Source of the DNA: Synergistaceae bacterium
Lineage (GTDB): Bacteria > Synergistota > Synergistia > Synergistales > Synergistaceae
Direction of reading: 5' to 3'
NCBI GenBank assembly: GCA_036835165.1
Contig: DAITML010000002.1
Location: forward strand, 2,559 to 66,558
Length of the DNA: 64,000 nt
Of the stretch, positions 1 to 9,316 are shown one piece after another; within the stretch, counting starts at the first letter, position 1, and the number at the start of each line of letters is the position of its first letter. Below the pieces are notes generated by a model, which was not told the origin of the DNA, did no database searches, and was given only the letters and a program-made list of their open reading frames with translations. Both the position numbers and the translations under genes were made by a program.

Positions 1-642
1 AGCGAAAAATCCCCTGAATTCAGCCTTTTCTTTAGTGATGTTTTCAGCTTTTTGATCTGAAACAATTCTTTTCCAAATGTACAGACATATGATGAAGCCC
101 GGGATCAGGACGATCGGAAACACTTTTTTCCCGACAAGGGATATCAGGAATACAACATAGACAGGGCCAACCGCGCTTCCAAAACTTCCGCACGCCGCAA
201 AAAGCGATATGAAAAGGGCAAGGTCTTTGCTTCCGGCGGATGACCCTGCCCGTCCAAGCCCCTGTGGGTGAAAGGAAGCTGTGCCCATGCTCATCAGTCC
301 TACCAACAGGAATGCGGTGAAGTAATTCGGAGCAAGAGGCAAAAGGCATGCTCCTGCAATGCTCAGCATCGGCGCCCATACGGCAAGCCACGGCCTTTTC
401 TGCCTGTCAGCAAAATATCCTGCTACAGGCTGGCCGAAAAGGTTAGTCAGCCCGAAAACGGCATTCAAAAGTCCGGCCTGACTCAAAGATATTGATATGG
501 AATTAACAAGCATTGGTATAATTGTCGGTAATGCTGTTGAGTGCATGTCGTTCATGAAATGAAGAAAGGAAAATCCCAAAAGACTCCTCCTGTCGCTGTG
601 TTTCTCATGTGTTTCTGTTATTTTGTCTGGTGTTTGGGACAT
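1..642 (-). CDS. MFS transporter, Fsr (fosmidomycin resistance)-like, partial (runs off window start)
   Basis: Manually translated, absent from ORF track: MSQTPDK...FSFLHFMNDMHSTALPTIIP...FGQPVAGYFADR...GTASFHPQG...GSAVGP. Multiple hydrophobic helices; AGGAGG RBS upstream of the ATG at 642; frame open to position 1. Confidence 0.88.
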   Translation of the reverse strand, partial: MSQTPDKITETHEKHSDRRSLLGFSFLHFMNDMHSTALPTIIPMLVNSISISLSQAGLLNAVFGLTNLFGQPVAGYFADRQKRPWLAVWAPMLSIAGACLLPLAPNYFTAFLLVGLMSMGTASFHPQGLGRAGSSAGSKDLALFISLFAACGSFGSAVGPVYVVFLISLVGKKVFPIVLIPGFIICLYIWKRIVSDQKAENITKEKAEFRGFFA

Positions 643-729
643 TTGGGGCCTCCTGTTTTGTATACACTTTTAATGTGCGATATTATACTCTTTTTACATC
701 TTATTTAGTTGAAGCAGGGTGGATCTGAC

Positions 730-1218
730 ATGAAAGAAATGAGACCTACTACAGGCAAGGTCATGCAGGCGTTGTTCAACATACTTGGCCCGTTGGACAG
801 CAAAAGTTTTTTGGATCTTTTTTCCGGCAGCGGACAGATAGCTCTCAATGCTTATAAGAGAGGCGCCGTCCGGGTCTCTCTTGTTGAATCCGAAAGAAAG
901 CGTTTTGGTGATATAGTTAAAACCATGCCGGAGGATGTAAAATGTCATTGCATGGATGTCAGAAGGGCACTGGCAAGATTTGCAAAGGACGGGGAATCGT
1001 TCGACATAATTTTTGCCGATCCGCCTTACGGACTGGGGTGGGGTGCCGAACTGCCCAAGCTTATATATAAACACAGTGAAGTCCTTTCTCCGAACGGAAC
1101 GCTTATTCTCGAGCACTCAGAAAAAGAAAAGTCGGACGACATTCCCGGCTGGGGGAGGGAAGAGAGGGCTTACGGCGGCACAGTCCTCACATTCTACAGA
1201 AGGAGTGTTGATCTATGA
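730..1218 (+). CDS. rsmD: 16S rRNA m2G966 methyltransferase RsmD family
   Basis: MRPTT, LDLFSGSGQI SAM motif, DIIFADPPY; conserved position before coaD. Confidence 0.9.
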   Translation: MKEMRPTTGKVMQALFNILGPLDSKSFLDLFSGSGQIALNAYKRGAVRVSLVESERKRFGDIVKTMPEDVKCHCMDVRRALARFAKDGESFDIIFADPPYGLGWGAELPKLIYKHSEVLSPNGTLILEHSEKEKSDDIPGWGREERAYGGTVLTFYRRSVDL

Positions 1219-1703
1219 TAAGGGCCGTATATCCCGGATCTTTCGACCCGATAACCAACGGGCATATTTATATAGCAGAGAGAGGCGCAGCTCTGTTTGA
1301 TGAGCTTGTCGTGGCAGTTCTCGTCAACCCTGAAAAGAGGTCCACATTCAGCGAGGACGAGAGGCAGATAATGGCCAGGGAGGCACTTGTGCACCTCCCA
1401 AATGTAAAGGTAAAGTTCTTCGAAGGGCTTTTGGTAGATTTTATGAGACAGGAACAGAGCAGAATAATAATAAGGGGCCTCAGGGCGCTTTCCGATTTCG
1501 AATACGAGTTCCAGCTCGCTCAGATGAACAGGCAGCTTGCTCCGGAGATTGAGACTTTCTTCATAGTTACGGACGCCAAGTATTCATACCTTTCAAGCAG
1601 GGGCATTAAGGACGCATTTCAGTTCGGCGGTGCGATAAAAGATATGGTCCCGCCGGGAGTATTCAGGCGCCTGAGGGAACGCATACCTCCGCGAAACGTA
1701 TAG
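1215..1703 (+). CDS. coaD: pantetheine-phosphate adenylyltransferase
   Basis: AVYPGSFDPITNGH, RGLRALSDFEYEFQLA. Confidence 0.97.
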   Translation: MIRAVYPGSFDPITNGHIYIAERGAALFDELVVAVLVNPEKRSTFSEDERQIMAREALVHLPNVKVKFFEGLLVDFMRQEQSRIIIRGLRALSDFEYEFQLAQMNRQLAPEIETFFIVTDAKYSYLSSRGIKDAFQFGGAIKDMVPPGVFRRLRERIPPRNV

Positions 1704-1773
1704 CCTTCATTTCAATAATAAAACTGACAGCCTTCTGCTGCAGGGTTTTTACTGACATCCCCGCATAAGCGAG

Positions 1774-2199
1774 TCATCTGTCCTTTGGACGTGGGCTTCG
1801 GATCTCCATGAAGTCCAGCGGACGGGCAATGATTTTGAATCCGCATTTTTCGTAGAGTCCGTGTGCGTCACCTGTGACAAGAAGCCACTGGTATACATCG
1901 GCAAGATCCGGATGGGCAAGGACAAGTTCTACCATTTTACGGCAGATGCCTTTATTCCTGAACTCAGTGTCAACATAAAAGTCTGTAAGGTAAGCAAATC
2001 TTGTCTTGTCAGAGATAACGCGGCCATAAGCTATCTGCCTGCCCTCTTCAGAGAAAGCGCCGATCACAAGGGCGGAATTGTCTGCCGCCTTTTTTATCTC
2101 ATCTCTCCTTATTCCCCGACTCCAGTATGCCTGCGAGAGCATGTCTGCAACCCTTTCAAAATCCATTGAAACGGTTCCGCATTTGTAAACGATGTCCAT
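1774..2199 (-). CDS. GNAT family N-acetyltransferase
   Basis: AYW..., GRVISDKTRFAYLTDFYVDTEFRNKGI (motif A), AHGLYEKCGF. Confidence 0.88.
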   Translation of the reverse strand: MDIVYKCGTVSMDFERVADMLSQAYWSRGIRRDEIKKAADNSALVIGAFSEEGRQIAYGRVISDKTRFAYLTDFYVDTEFRNKGICRKMVELVLAHPDLADVYQWLLVTGDAHGLYEKCGFKIIARPLDFMEIRSPRPKDR

Positions 2200-2202
2200 A
2201 AT

Positions 2203-3420
2203 TTATTCCCCGCTTATAATGATCTTTCTGGAATGTTCCTTTCCGAATTCTCCCTCAGATACCAGCTGCTCCCATATCTCTGAACCAATAAGCTCATATC
2301 TCATTACTTTTGATGCAGTGTCTGATATCGATGAAGCTGCGCCGCACCTTGTAATAACGGGCAAAGATGCTGTCTTCCTCATACGCCTCAGCATGTTTCT
2401 GCCTTTTTCGTTCATTCCCAGCACTCTTATGTAGGGCGGTCCTATCCTTTGGAATGCCCTGTTTGCCCAGTGTTCCAGGCCGATCAGAATGTGTATGCCG
2501 TGCCTCTGTATCCGGCCAAGCGGATATCTCCTGCTGGTGCAAGCTTTTCCCCATTGGGAGAAGGACGAGCTTCCAATAGCTTTTTCTCTCAGCAGGTACT
2601 CTATACCCTCTCCTATCTCTGCATACTTCGATATGTCTTCGGGTTGCATTGATATGAGCCTGGAACGCAGAATGCTCCAAAGTCTTCTTTCGTCAATGCA
2701 GATCCGCCCCTTTTGGATGGCTTCTTGTAATATCTTTGCTGAAAAATCAGGGAGTCTGTTCAGTGCTTCTGAGACTTTCCCTTTTGAAAGAGCTTTTCTT
2801 ACTGCAGTCGCACTTGAAAATTCTGTAAGCTCATTTTCATGATATCCGGACCCAAGCCTCTTTACCGGTACTGCGTCTATCTTCCAATTTTGTTTCTTTA
2901 TTCTCAGCATGTAAGACAGCGCAAGGGAATTATTCGAACCTTTCAGCTTTTCTGCTGTTCCCGGTATCATATGATCAAGAGCAGCAGCTCTTGATTCAAC
3001 AAAAGAATAGCCTTTGTCAAGTTCTTTTTTTAAACAAAACTTGAAAGGTTCGGGTTCTTCGATTAAAATATCTAAGATTTTGTCCATTTGCCAGTCAGGG
3101 GATTCCACACCGAAGGATATGTGTGTTATGATCCCTGTCCTCGCTAGGATATCAACGGCTGCGTTGGCGAAGACCCCTGCATTATGGGCAGAAAAGACGA
3201 GAGGAAGCTCAAGAACCAGGTCAGCGCCGCATTTAAGTGCGGCTTGTGTCCTCTCCCACTTTGAGATCAGTGCAGGTTCTCCTCTTTGGACAAAGTTTGA
3301 GGAGAGCACAACTATGATGCCCTCTGCGCCGGAAAGTTTGCGTGCCTGTTCCATATGGTGCCTGTGTCCGAGGTGGAGCGGGTTATATTCGGCAACTATC
3401 CCTGTTATGGGAGTATGCAT
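2203..3420 (-). CDS. tmcAL: tRNA(Met) cytidine acetate ligase (YlbM/TmcAL, HIGH nucleotidyltransferase)
   Basis: GIVAEYNPLHLGH, SSNFVQRGEPA, SNNSLALSY, SSATAVR, YIRVLG; start moved to ATG 3420. Confidence 0.9.
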   Translation of the reverse strand: MHTPITGIVAEYNPLHLGHRHHMEQARKLSGAEGIIVVLSSNFVQRGEPALISKWERTQAALKCGADLVLELPLVFSAHNAGVFANAAVDILARTGIITHISFGVESPDWQMDKILDILIEEPEPFKFCLKKELDKGYSFVESRAAALDHMIPGTAEKLKGSNNSLALSYMLRIKKQNWKIDAVPVKRLGSGYHENELTEFSSATAVRKALSKGKVSEALNRLPDFSAKILQEAIQKGRICIDERRLWSILRSRLISMQPEDISKYAEIGEGIEYLLREKAIGSSSFSQWGKACTSRRYPLGRIQRHGIHILIGLEHWANRAFQRIGPPYIRVLGMNEKGRNMLRRMRKTASLPVITRCGAASSISDTASKVMRYELIGSEIWEQLVSEGEFGKEHSRKIIISGE

Positions 3421-3501
3421 ATATTCAATCACCGTCCTCTTATGGTAAGAATACCACAAAGACACGGAGATAATCAGGATAAGGGAGGCAATCTGATTCT
3501 A

Positions 3502-4698
3502 ATGAAAATTTTAGTTCTTAACTGCGGAAGTTCTTCTTTCAAGTATCAGCTTATTGACATGGACGGGGAAGCTGTCCTCGCCAAGGGACTGGTTGAGCGC
3601 ATAGGAATTGAAGGCTCAAAGATCAAGCATACGAAAACCGGGAAAGAACCGGTATCCCGTGAAGTTGATTTCCCGAACCACACAGTTGCGATCAAATATG
3701 TACTTGAGATGCTCATTGATCCTGAACACGGCGTCATCAAAAACCTGAGCGAGCTTTCAGCGGCAGGACACAGAATGGTCCACGGCGGAGAAAAGTTCAC
3801 ATCCTCAGTGCTTGTAACGCCTGAAGTCATAAGTGCGATAGAAGAAGTTATTCATCTGGCTCCCCTTCACAATCCTGCCAATCTGCAGGGAGTGCGCGCC
3901 CTTATGGAAGTTCTCCCGGGAACACCGAATGTTGTTGTTTTTGATACAGCCTTCCATCAGTCAATGCCTCCTAAGGCCTTTACATATGGAATTCCTTACA
4001 GCTATTACGAGGAAGACCGGGTCCGCCGTTACGGTTTTCACGGCACCAGCCACTATTATGTTGCAAACAGGGCAGCTGAAATACTTGGCAGGCCCGTTGA
4101 ACAGCTCAAGACGGTAACATGCCACCTTGGAAACGGAAGCTCCATCACAGCTGTTGACGGCGGCAAATCTGTTGATACAAGCCTTGGATACGGAACAGCG
4201 GAAGGCGTTCTTATGGGAACCCGCAGCGGAAGCCTTGACCCGTCGGTAATGCTTTTCCTGATGGAAAAGCACGAAGATGTTAAAACTGTCAGCGATATCG
4301 TCCACAAGAAGAGCGGACTTCAGGGGATCTCCGGAATCTCAAGCGACCTTCGGGATGTCGAAGAGGCTGCAGAAAAGGGAAATGTGCGTGCAAAGCTGGC
4401 ACAGGAAATGCTTATTTACCACGTCAAAAAATACATCGGCTCCTATGCTGCTGCAATGGGCGGGATCGATGTTTTGGTCTTCACGGCAGGCATAGGCGAA
4501 AACGGAGTCTCATTCCGCGAAGAAGTATGCAAAGGCCTGGAATTCATGGGTGTGAAGATCGATCCTGAGAAGAACAAGGTTCGCGGTAAAGAGGTCGTTT
4601 TCAGCACGCCCGATTCAAGGGTAGCGGTAATGGTAGTGCCGACAGACGAGGAAATGGTCATCGCAAGGGACACCAAACGGTGCTGCGAGGCAAAATAA
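3502..4698 (+). CDS. ackA: acetate kinase
   Basis: MKILVLNCGSSSFKYQL, HRMVHGG, APLHNPAN, RRYGFHGTSH, HLGNGSS; GGGAGG RBS. Confidence 0.97.
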   Translation: MKILVLNCGSSSFKYQLIDMDGEAVLAKGLVERIGIEGSKIKHTKTGKEPVSREVDFPNHTVAIKYVLEMLIDPEHGVIKNLSELSAAGHRMVHGGEKFTSSVLVTPEVISAIEEVIHLAPLHNPANLQGVRALMEVLPGTPNVVVFDTAFHQSMPPKAFTYGIPYSYYEEDRVRRYGFHGTSHYYVANRAAEILGRPVEQLKTVTCHLGNGSSITAVDGGKSVDTSLGYGTAEGVLMGTRSGSLDPSVMLFLMEKHEDVKTVSDIVHKKSGLQGISGISSDLRDVEEAAEKGNVRAKLAQEMLIYHVKKYIGSYAAAMGGIDVLVFTAGIGENGVSFREEVCKGLEFMGVKIDPEKNKVRGKEVVFSTPDSRVAVMVVPTDEEMVIARDTKRCCEAK

Positions 4699-4708
4699 CG
4701 GGAGAATA

Positions 4709-5299
4709 ATGGCAGATCACATCAAGGCCGCACCCAACAGCTGGCACAGGAGGCTTGTCATCCCCGCGATCCCTAAGGACGGCACTCCCTACTGCGACAC
4801 TTTTACCCTCACGGTGGACAAAATGATCAGCTATTGGGGACAGCTTTACTTTTTAAGCACCCCTCTTGAGGTAAATGTCGAAGCATCCAGGGCCGAGGGA
4901 AGGATAATCGCCCTTATCTCGATATCAGGAAATGTTTCCGTCCCATGCTCAAGATGTCTTGAACCGGCGGGGGTTGCAATTGAGGGAGAATTAAGGTATC
5001 TTTTCTCTCTGGATAAAGAAGAGGATAAAAGGTCCGAACCGGAATACGATGCGGACGGTGACGAGGAACTCATGCTTTTGGACTCTTGGGAGGATGAGAT
5101 CGATCTTGCTCCGTTGGTTTGGGAGGTCCTTATAACTCTTCTCCCTGCTGCGCCCCTGTGTTCCGAAAATTGCAGAGGGCTGTGTCCGAAATGTGGCGCG
5201 AATCTCAATATTACATCCTGCAAATGCAGCGATGAGGAAAACGATCCGCGCTTTGAGCCGCTCAGATCTTTATTGCAGAAAGACCGGGAAAACAACTGA
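4709..5299 (+). CDS. yceD: DUF177/YceD family protein (23S rRNA accumulation)
   Basis: CSRCLEP, LCSENCRGLCPKCGANLN, DPRFEPL; directly upstream of rpmF. Confidence 0.9.
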   Translation: MADHIKAAPNSWHRRLVIPAIPKDGTPYCDTFTLTVDKMISYWGQLYFLSTPLEVNVEASRAEGRIIALISISGNVSVPCSRCLEPAGVAIEGELRYLFSLDKEEDKRSEPEYDADGDEELMLLDSWEDEIDLAPLVWEVLITLLPAAPLCSENCRGLCPKCGANLNITSCKCSDEENDPRFEPLRSLLQKDRENN

Positions 5300-5373
5300 C
5301 TGCATAAAAAGTAAAAAAGTGATAGAATTGCACAGGCGACATTTTCGCTGAAGATTTAAGGGGGGAACAAATT

Positions 5374-5580
5374 ATGGCAACTCCAAAAAGGCGAGTATCC
5401 CACTCACGTACACACAACCGGAAGGCACAGTGGCTTGGCGCGCTTACTGAACCCAGTCTTACGGCTTGCACCCACTGCGGTGAGATGATAGAGACATACA
5501 AAGCCTGCCCTGCATGCGGTTACTACAAGGGACGCCAGGTTATAAAGGTTTCAGAAGCCTCAACAGCCGCAAAAGATTAG
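5374..5580 (+). CDS. rpmF: 50S ribosomal protein L32 (Zn-binding C+ form)
   Basis: MATPKRRVSHSR, CTHCG...CPACGYYKGRQV. Confidence 0.97.
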   Translation: MATPKRRVSHSRTHNRKAQWLGALTEPSLTACTHCGEMIETYKACPACGYYKGRQVIKVSEASTAAKD

Positions 5581-5595
5581 CGGAACGACTTTCCA

Positions 5596-5642
5596 AAGAT
5601 CCGGAGCAAAGGGTCATCCCCTTGCTCCGGATCTTATATTTT
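5596..5642 (+). terminator. hairpin / probable intrinsic terminator after rpmF
   Basis: AAGATCCGGAGCAA...TTGCTCCGGATCTT 14-bp stem followed by ATATTTT. Confidence 0.7.
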
Positions 5643-5727
5643 GATCCTTTGCCCCAAGCTCCGGAAATGTAGATTAGCAGGGGCTTATTCCAACTTCAAA
5701 AAAATTTGTGCTGTCCGCAATATGTTA

Positions 5728-5756
5728 TTGACAACTTTCAATTTCTGTAATATCTT
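5728..5756 (+). promoter_or_regulatory. sigma70 promoter of the fapR-plsX-fab operon
   Basis: TTGACA (5728-33), 17 nt spacer, TATCTT (5751-56). Confidence 0.75.
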
Positions 5757-5762
5757 GTCTGG

Positions 5763-5781
5763 TGTTATGACCTGCTAACAA
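5763..5781. promoter_or_regulatory. putative FapR operator
   Basis: TGTTA-TGACCTGC-TAACA inverted repeat; 17-mer TTATGACCTGCTAACAA resembles TTAGTA-N5-TANTAA; sits at the predicted +1 just upstream of fapR. Confidence 0.6.
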
Positions 5782-5805
5782 ATACTTTTGCCGGGAGATG
5801 CCTTA

Positions 5806-6375
5806 ATGCGTTCAGAGCTTAAGAAGCAGAGGCACAAACAGCTGATAGAGCTTATATCTACCAACCCTCTCATGACGGATGAGGAGATAGCCGCCTCCCT
5901 TGGAGTGAGTATGAGTACCGTGCGCCTTGACCGGGGGCTTCTTTCAATACCCGAGCTGAGGGAAAGGATGCGGACTATGGCAGAGCAGGCTACCAGCAGG
6001 CTAAAATCTCTAAGGGCCGAAGAAGTTGTAGGCGAGCTCATCGAACTTGAACCGGACGGATGGGCTCTCTCTGTGCTGAACACGACAAGAGACATGGCAT
6101 TCAGACACACCAATCTTGTGGGTGACTACTACATTTATGCTCAAGCAGCTACCCTTGCCATTGCAACGATCGACAGGGAAATGGTCGTAGTCGGCTCCGC
6201 AAGGCTCAGGTATCGCCGAGCGGCCTTTGTTGGGGAAAGAATATTTGCAAGGTCAAAAGTAGGGACGCACAAAGGAGATAAATATGTTGTCAGCGTACAT
6301 ACACGTGTCTCTGACAGGGAAGTGTTTGTCGGAAGATTTGTAGTTGTAGCCAAAAATTCAGAAGATCTGGCTTAA
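5806..6375 (+). CDS. fapR: fatty acid biosynthesis transcriptional repressor FapR
   Basis: NPLMTDEEIAASLGVSMSTVRLDR HTH, IPELRERM, hotdog C-domain; first gene of the plsX-fab operon. Confidence 0.93.
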   Translation: MRSELKKQRHKQLIELISTNPLMTDEEIAASLGVSMSTVRLDRGLLSIPELRERMRTMAEQATSRLKSLRAEEVVGELIELEPDGWALSVLNTTRDMAFRHTNLVGDYYIYAQAATLAIATIDREMVVVGSARLRYRRAAFVGERIFARSKVGTHKGDKYVVSVHTRVSDREVFVGRFVVVAKNSEDLA

Positions 6376-6389
6376 ATGGGGGAGAAGAG

Positions 6390-7394
6390 ATGCTGATAGC
6401 ACTTGATGCAATGGGAGGGGACCATGCTCCGCTGGAGCCGTGCAACGGCGCAATGTTGGCCTGCAGGGAGCAGCCGCATCTTTCCGTTGCTCTGATCGGT
6501 GACAGTGAGAAAATTAAACCGATCATAGAAAAGGCAGAAAAGAGCGTCCGATCGAGACTGAGCATAGTACCGGCGGATGAAGTGATAAACGGTGGAGACT
6601 CACCCTCCATCTCCATAAGGAGAAAAAAGAATTCAAGCCTGGTCATAGGTTTTGAGATGGTTAGGTCCGGCGAAGCCGCAGGCATAGTTTCTTCAGGAAA
6701 CACGGGGGCGATAGCGGCCGGAGGAGTGATCCTTCTCGGGCGCATACCCGGAATAGACAGGCCCGGACTTGGGGCGATGCTTCCGGTACTGAACAGGCCG
6801 ACCCTTCTGATGGATGTGGGAGGGACCGTAAGGTGTAAACCTATCAACCTTTACCAATTTGCTCAGATGGGGTCCATATACATGAAACTGTTCAGGAATG
6901 TTGAAAACCCCTCTGTGAGGCTGCTCAATATGGGTGAAGAACTGACCAAGGGTGACGACGTCATTTCTGCTGCAAGACAGCTGATAGAAAACAGTGATCT
7001 CAATTACCAGGGATTTGCAGAGGCTAACGACATACCGAACGGAATATCTGACGTTATAGTCTGCGATGGTTTCACCGGCAATGTCGTCATCAAATTTGGG
7101 GAAGGCCTTGGCGAACTTCTTAAGAACCAGTTTAAGGAGGAATATGTCAACCATCTGCTGCCCAAAGTGGGGCTGCTTTTTATGTGGCCTGCGATGAAAA
7201 GGGTACTTGGCAGATTTGACTGGGAAAAGGCCGGAGGGTCTCCTGTCCTTGGGGTAAACGGAACGGTAATAAAGGTGCACGGCCGGTCCAAAAGAAAGGC
7301 GATATCATATGCGATACTGGGCGCAGCAAATTTTGTTGAGCACAACGGAGTAGAAAGGATCAGAGAAGAAATAGCCAGAGGTGGTGCGGAATGA
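6390..7394 (+). CDS. plsX: phosphate acyltransferase PlsX
   Basis: IALDAMGGDHAP, SSGNTGA, DVIVCDGFTGNV, KVHGRS. Confidence 0.96.
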   Translation: MLIALDAMGGDHAPLEPCNGAMLACREQPHLSVALIGDSEKIKPIIEKAEKSVRSRLSIVPADEVINGGDSPSISIRRKKNSSLVIGFEMVRSGEAAGIVSSGNTGAIAAGGVILLGRIPGIDRPGLGAMLPVLNRPTLLMDVGGTVRCKPINLYQFAQMGSIYMKLFRNVENPSVRLLNMGEELTKGDDVISAARQLIENSDLNYQGFAEANDIPNGISDVIVCDGFTGNVVIKFGEGLGELLKNQFKEEYVNHLLPKVGLLFMWPAMKRVLGRFDWEKAGGSPVLGVNGTVIKVHGRSKRKAISYAILGAANFVEHNGVERIREEIARGGAE

Positions 7395-8356
7395 TCAAAT
7401 ACATGGGCAGGTCAGCGAAAATATTGGGGACCAGCAAGTATATCCCGGAAAAAATAATGACTAACGCGGATTTTGAAAAAATAGTAGAGACCAACGACCA
7501 GTGGATAGTTGAGAGGACGGGCATAAGCAAGAGACACTTCGCCGTTGAAGGTGAAAAATGCAGCGACCTTGCATACAGGGCTGCACTGCTTGCCCTTGAG
7601 GATGCAGGGTTGACGGCAGATCAGATAGACATGATCCTTGTCGGGACAAATTCGCCCGACACGGTATTTCCTAGCGTTTCATGCAAAGTTCAGGGGATGC
7701 TCGGAGCTGTAAATTCAGGAGCGATAGATATACAGGCCGGCTGTACCGGCAGCCTCACCGCACTTTCTGTGGCCGCCTCAGGCATATCAAGCGGCATATG
7801 GGACAGGGTGCTTGTCATAGGAGCTGAGGTGTTCAGGGATATAATCGACTGGACCGACAGGGGGACCTGTATTCTCTTTGGTGACGGTGCAGGGGCATGT
7901 GTGGTCGGAGCTGCGGAAGGCGATGGAGGATTTACATCCACCCGCCTGCTGGCAGACGGTACCGGCCATGAGATGATAAGGCTTGAAAGCGATGAAGACC
8001 ACATCATGCCGATCGTCAAGATGAAGGGCAACGAGGTCTTTAAATTCGTAAATACAGTAATGCCAAAGTTCATAAAAGGGTTTTGCGAGGAATCGGGAGT
8101 GGTCCCTGAAGAGATAGATTTCTGGATCTTCCACCAGGCCAACACGAGGATAATTGACGGGGTCTTCAAAAGGCTGAACGTATCTCAGGAAAAGACGCTC
8201 ATCAATCTGCCGGAGTATGGCAATACTTCGGCTGCCTCGCTGATGATCACACTGCATGAGGCAATGGAGTCAGGCAGGATCAAGGACGGAGACAAGGTGT
8301 GCTTCGTGGCCTTCGGAGCGGGCATGACTCTGGGAGTCCTGCTTTACCAGGCATAG
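7391..8356 (+). CDS. fabH: beta-ketoacyl-ACP synthase III
   Basis: Catalytic triad motifs AGCTG / FHQAN / YGNTSAAS; LFGDGAGA. Confidence 0.96.
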   Translation: MIKYMGRSAKILGTSKYIPEKIMTNADFEKIVETNDQWIVERTGISKRHFAVEGEKCSDLAYRAALLALEDAGLTADQIDMILVGTNSPDTVFPSVSCKVQGMLGAVNSGAIDIQAGCTGSLTALSVAASGISSGIWDRVLVIGAEVFRDIIDWTDRGTCILFGDGAGACVVGAAEGDGGFTSTRLLADGTGHEMIRLESDEDHIMPIVKMKGNEVFKFVNTVMPKFIKGFCEESGVVPEEIDFWIFHQANTRIIDGVFKRLNVSQEKTLINLPEYGNTSAASLMITLHEAMESGRIKDGDKVCFVAFGAGMTLGVLLYQA

Positions 8357-8368
8357 AGGGAAAATAAT

Positions 8369-9316
8369 ATGTTTGAAAACAACCGTGTGACTAAGCTTCT
8401 AAAAATCAAATACCCTGTGATACAGGGCGGAATGGCATGGGTAGCCGATGCAGACCTGGCCGCTGCTGTAAGCAACGCGGGCGGACTTGGGGTCATTGCC
8501 GCTGCGAGCATGCCCCCCGAACTTTTGGAAGAGCAGATAGTGAAAATAAGGAAATTGACTGACAGACCATTTGCCATGAACATAATGCTGCTTTCTCCCA
8601 CTGCGGACGATGCACTTGAGATCGCCGCACGCTACAGGGTCCCTGTCGTGACGACCGGTGCCGGTATGCCGGGCAAAGTGCTCGAGAAGCTCAAGCCTCT
8701 TGGAACCACGGTTATCCCGGTGATCGCATCCACAGCACATGCCGAAAGAGTGTCAAAACAGGGAGCCGATGCTGTTGTCGCCGAGGGGACCGAGGCAGGC
8801 GGACACATAGGCGAGATCACTACGATGAACCTCGTTCCGCAGGTTGCAGATGTTGTCTCCATACCCGTTATCGCCGCTGGCGGAGTTGCCGACGGGAGAG
8901 GGATGGCAGCGGCCTTTGCCCTCGGCGCAGAGGGAGTCCAGGTGGGCACGCGCTTCGTATGTGCAGTGGAGTCAAACGTCCACATCAATTATAAGGAAAA
9001 GATTATTGAAGCCAACGACAGGGCTACCGTAGTAACCGGAAGATCTACGGGCCATCCTGTAAGGGGGCTCAAAAATAAGCTGTCAAAAGAGTTCGAGGAT
9101 CTGGAAAAGAGAGGCGCTTCGGTCGAAGAGCTTGAGAGGCTTGGCACAGGCAAGCTGAGACTGGCTGTGGTCGAGGGAGATACCAAATGGGGTTCGCTTA
9201 TGGCAGGACAGTCTGCCGGACTTGTTAAAAAAATTGAACCCGCTGCGGCTATCATACAAGACCTTATCAATGGTGCGGCAGCGGAGATCGAGAGATTAAA
9301 GAGGTTTGCTGACTGA
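8369..9316 (+). CDS. fabK: enoyl-ACP reductase II (FMN-dependent)
   Basis: PVIQGGMAWV, EGTEAGGHIG, IAAGGVADGRG, MAGQSAGLV; within fab operon. Confidence 0.94.
   Translation: MFENNRVTKLLKIKYPVIQGGMAWVADADLAAAVSNAGGLGVIAAASMPPELLEEQIVKIRKLTDRPFAMNIMLLSPTADDALEIAARYRVPVVTTGAGMPGKVLEKLKPLGTTVIPVIASTAHAERVSKQGADAVVAEGTEAGGHIGEITTMNLVPQVADVVSIPVIAAGGVADGRGMAAAFALGAEGVQVGTRFVCAVESNVHINYKEKIIEANDRATVVTGRSTGHPVRGLKNKLSKEFEDLEKRGASVEELERLGTGKLRLAVVEGDTKWGSLMAGQSAGLVKKIEPAAAIIQDLINGAAAEIERLKRFAD

Noticed and set aside
3355..3501. Apparent N-terminal extensions in the ORF track (ackA; also murJ, tsaD, rng, tmcAL)
   Set aside because: Artefacts of longest-ORF calling; downstream starts match family N-termini and avoid long overlaps.
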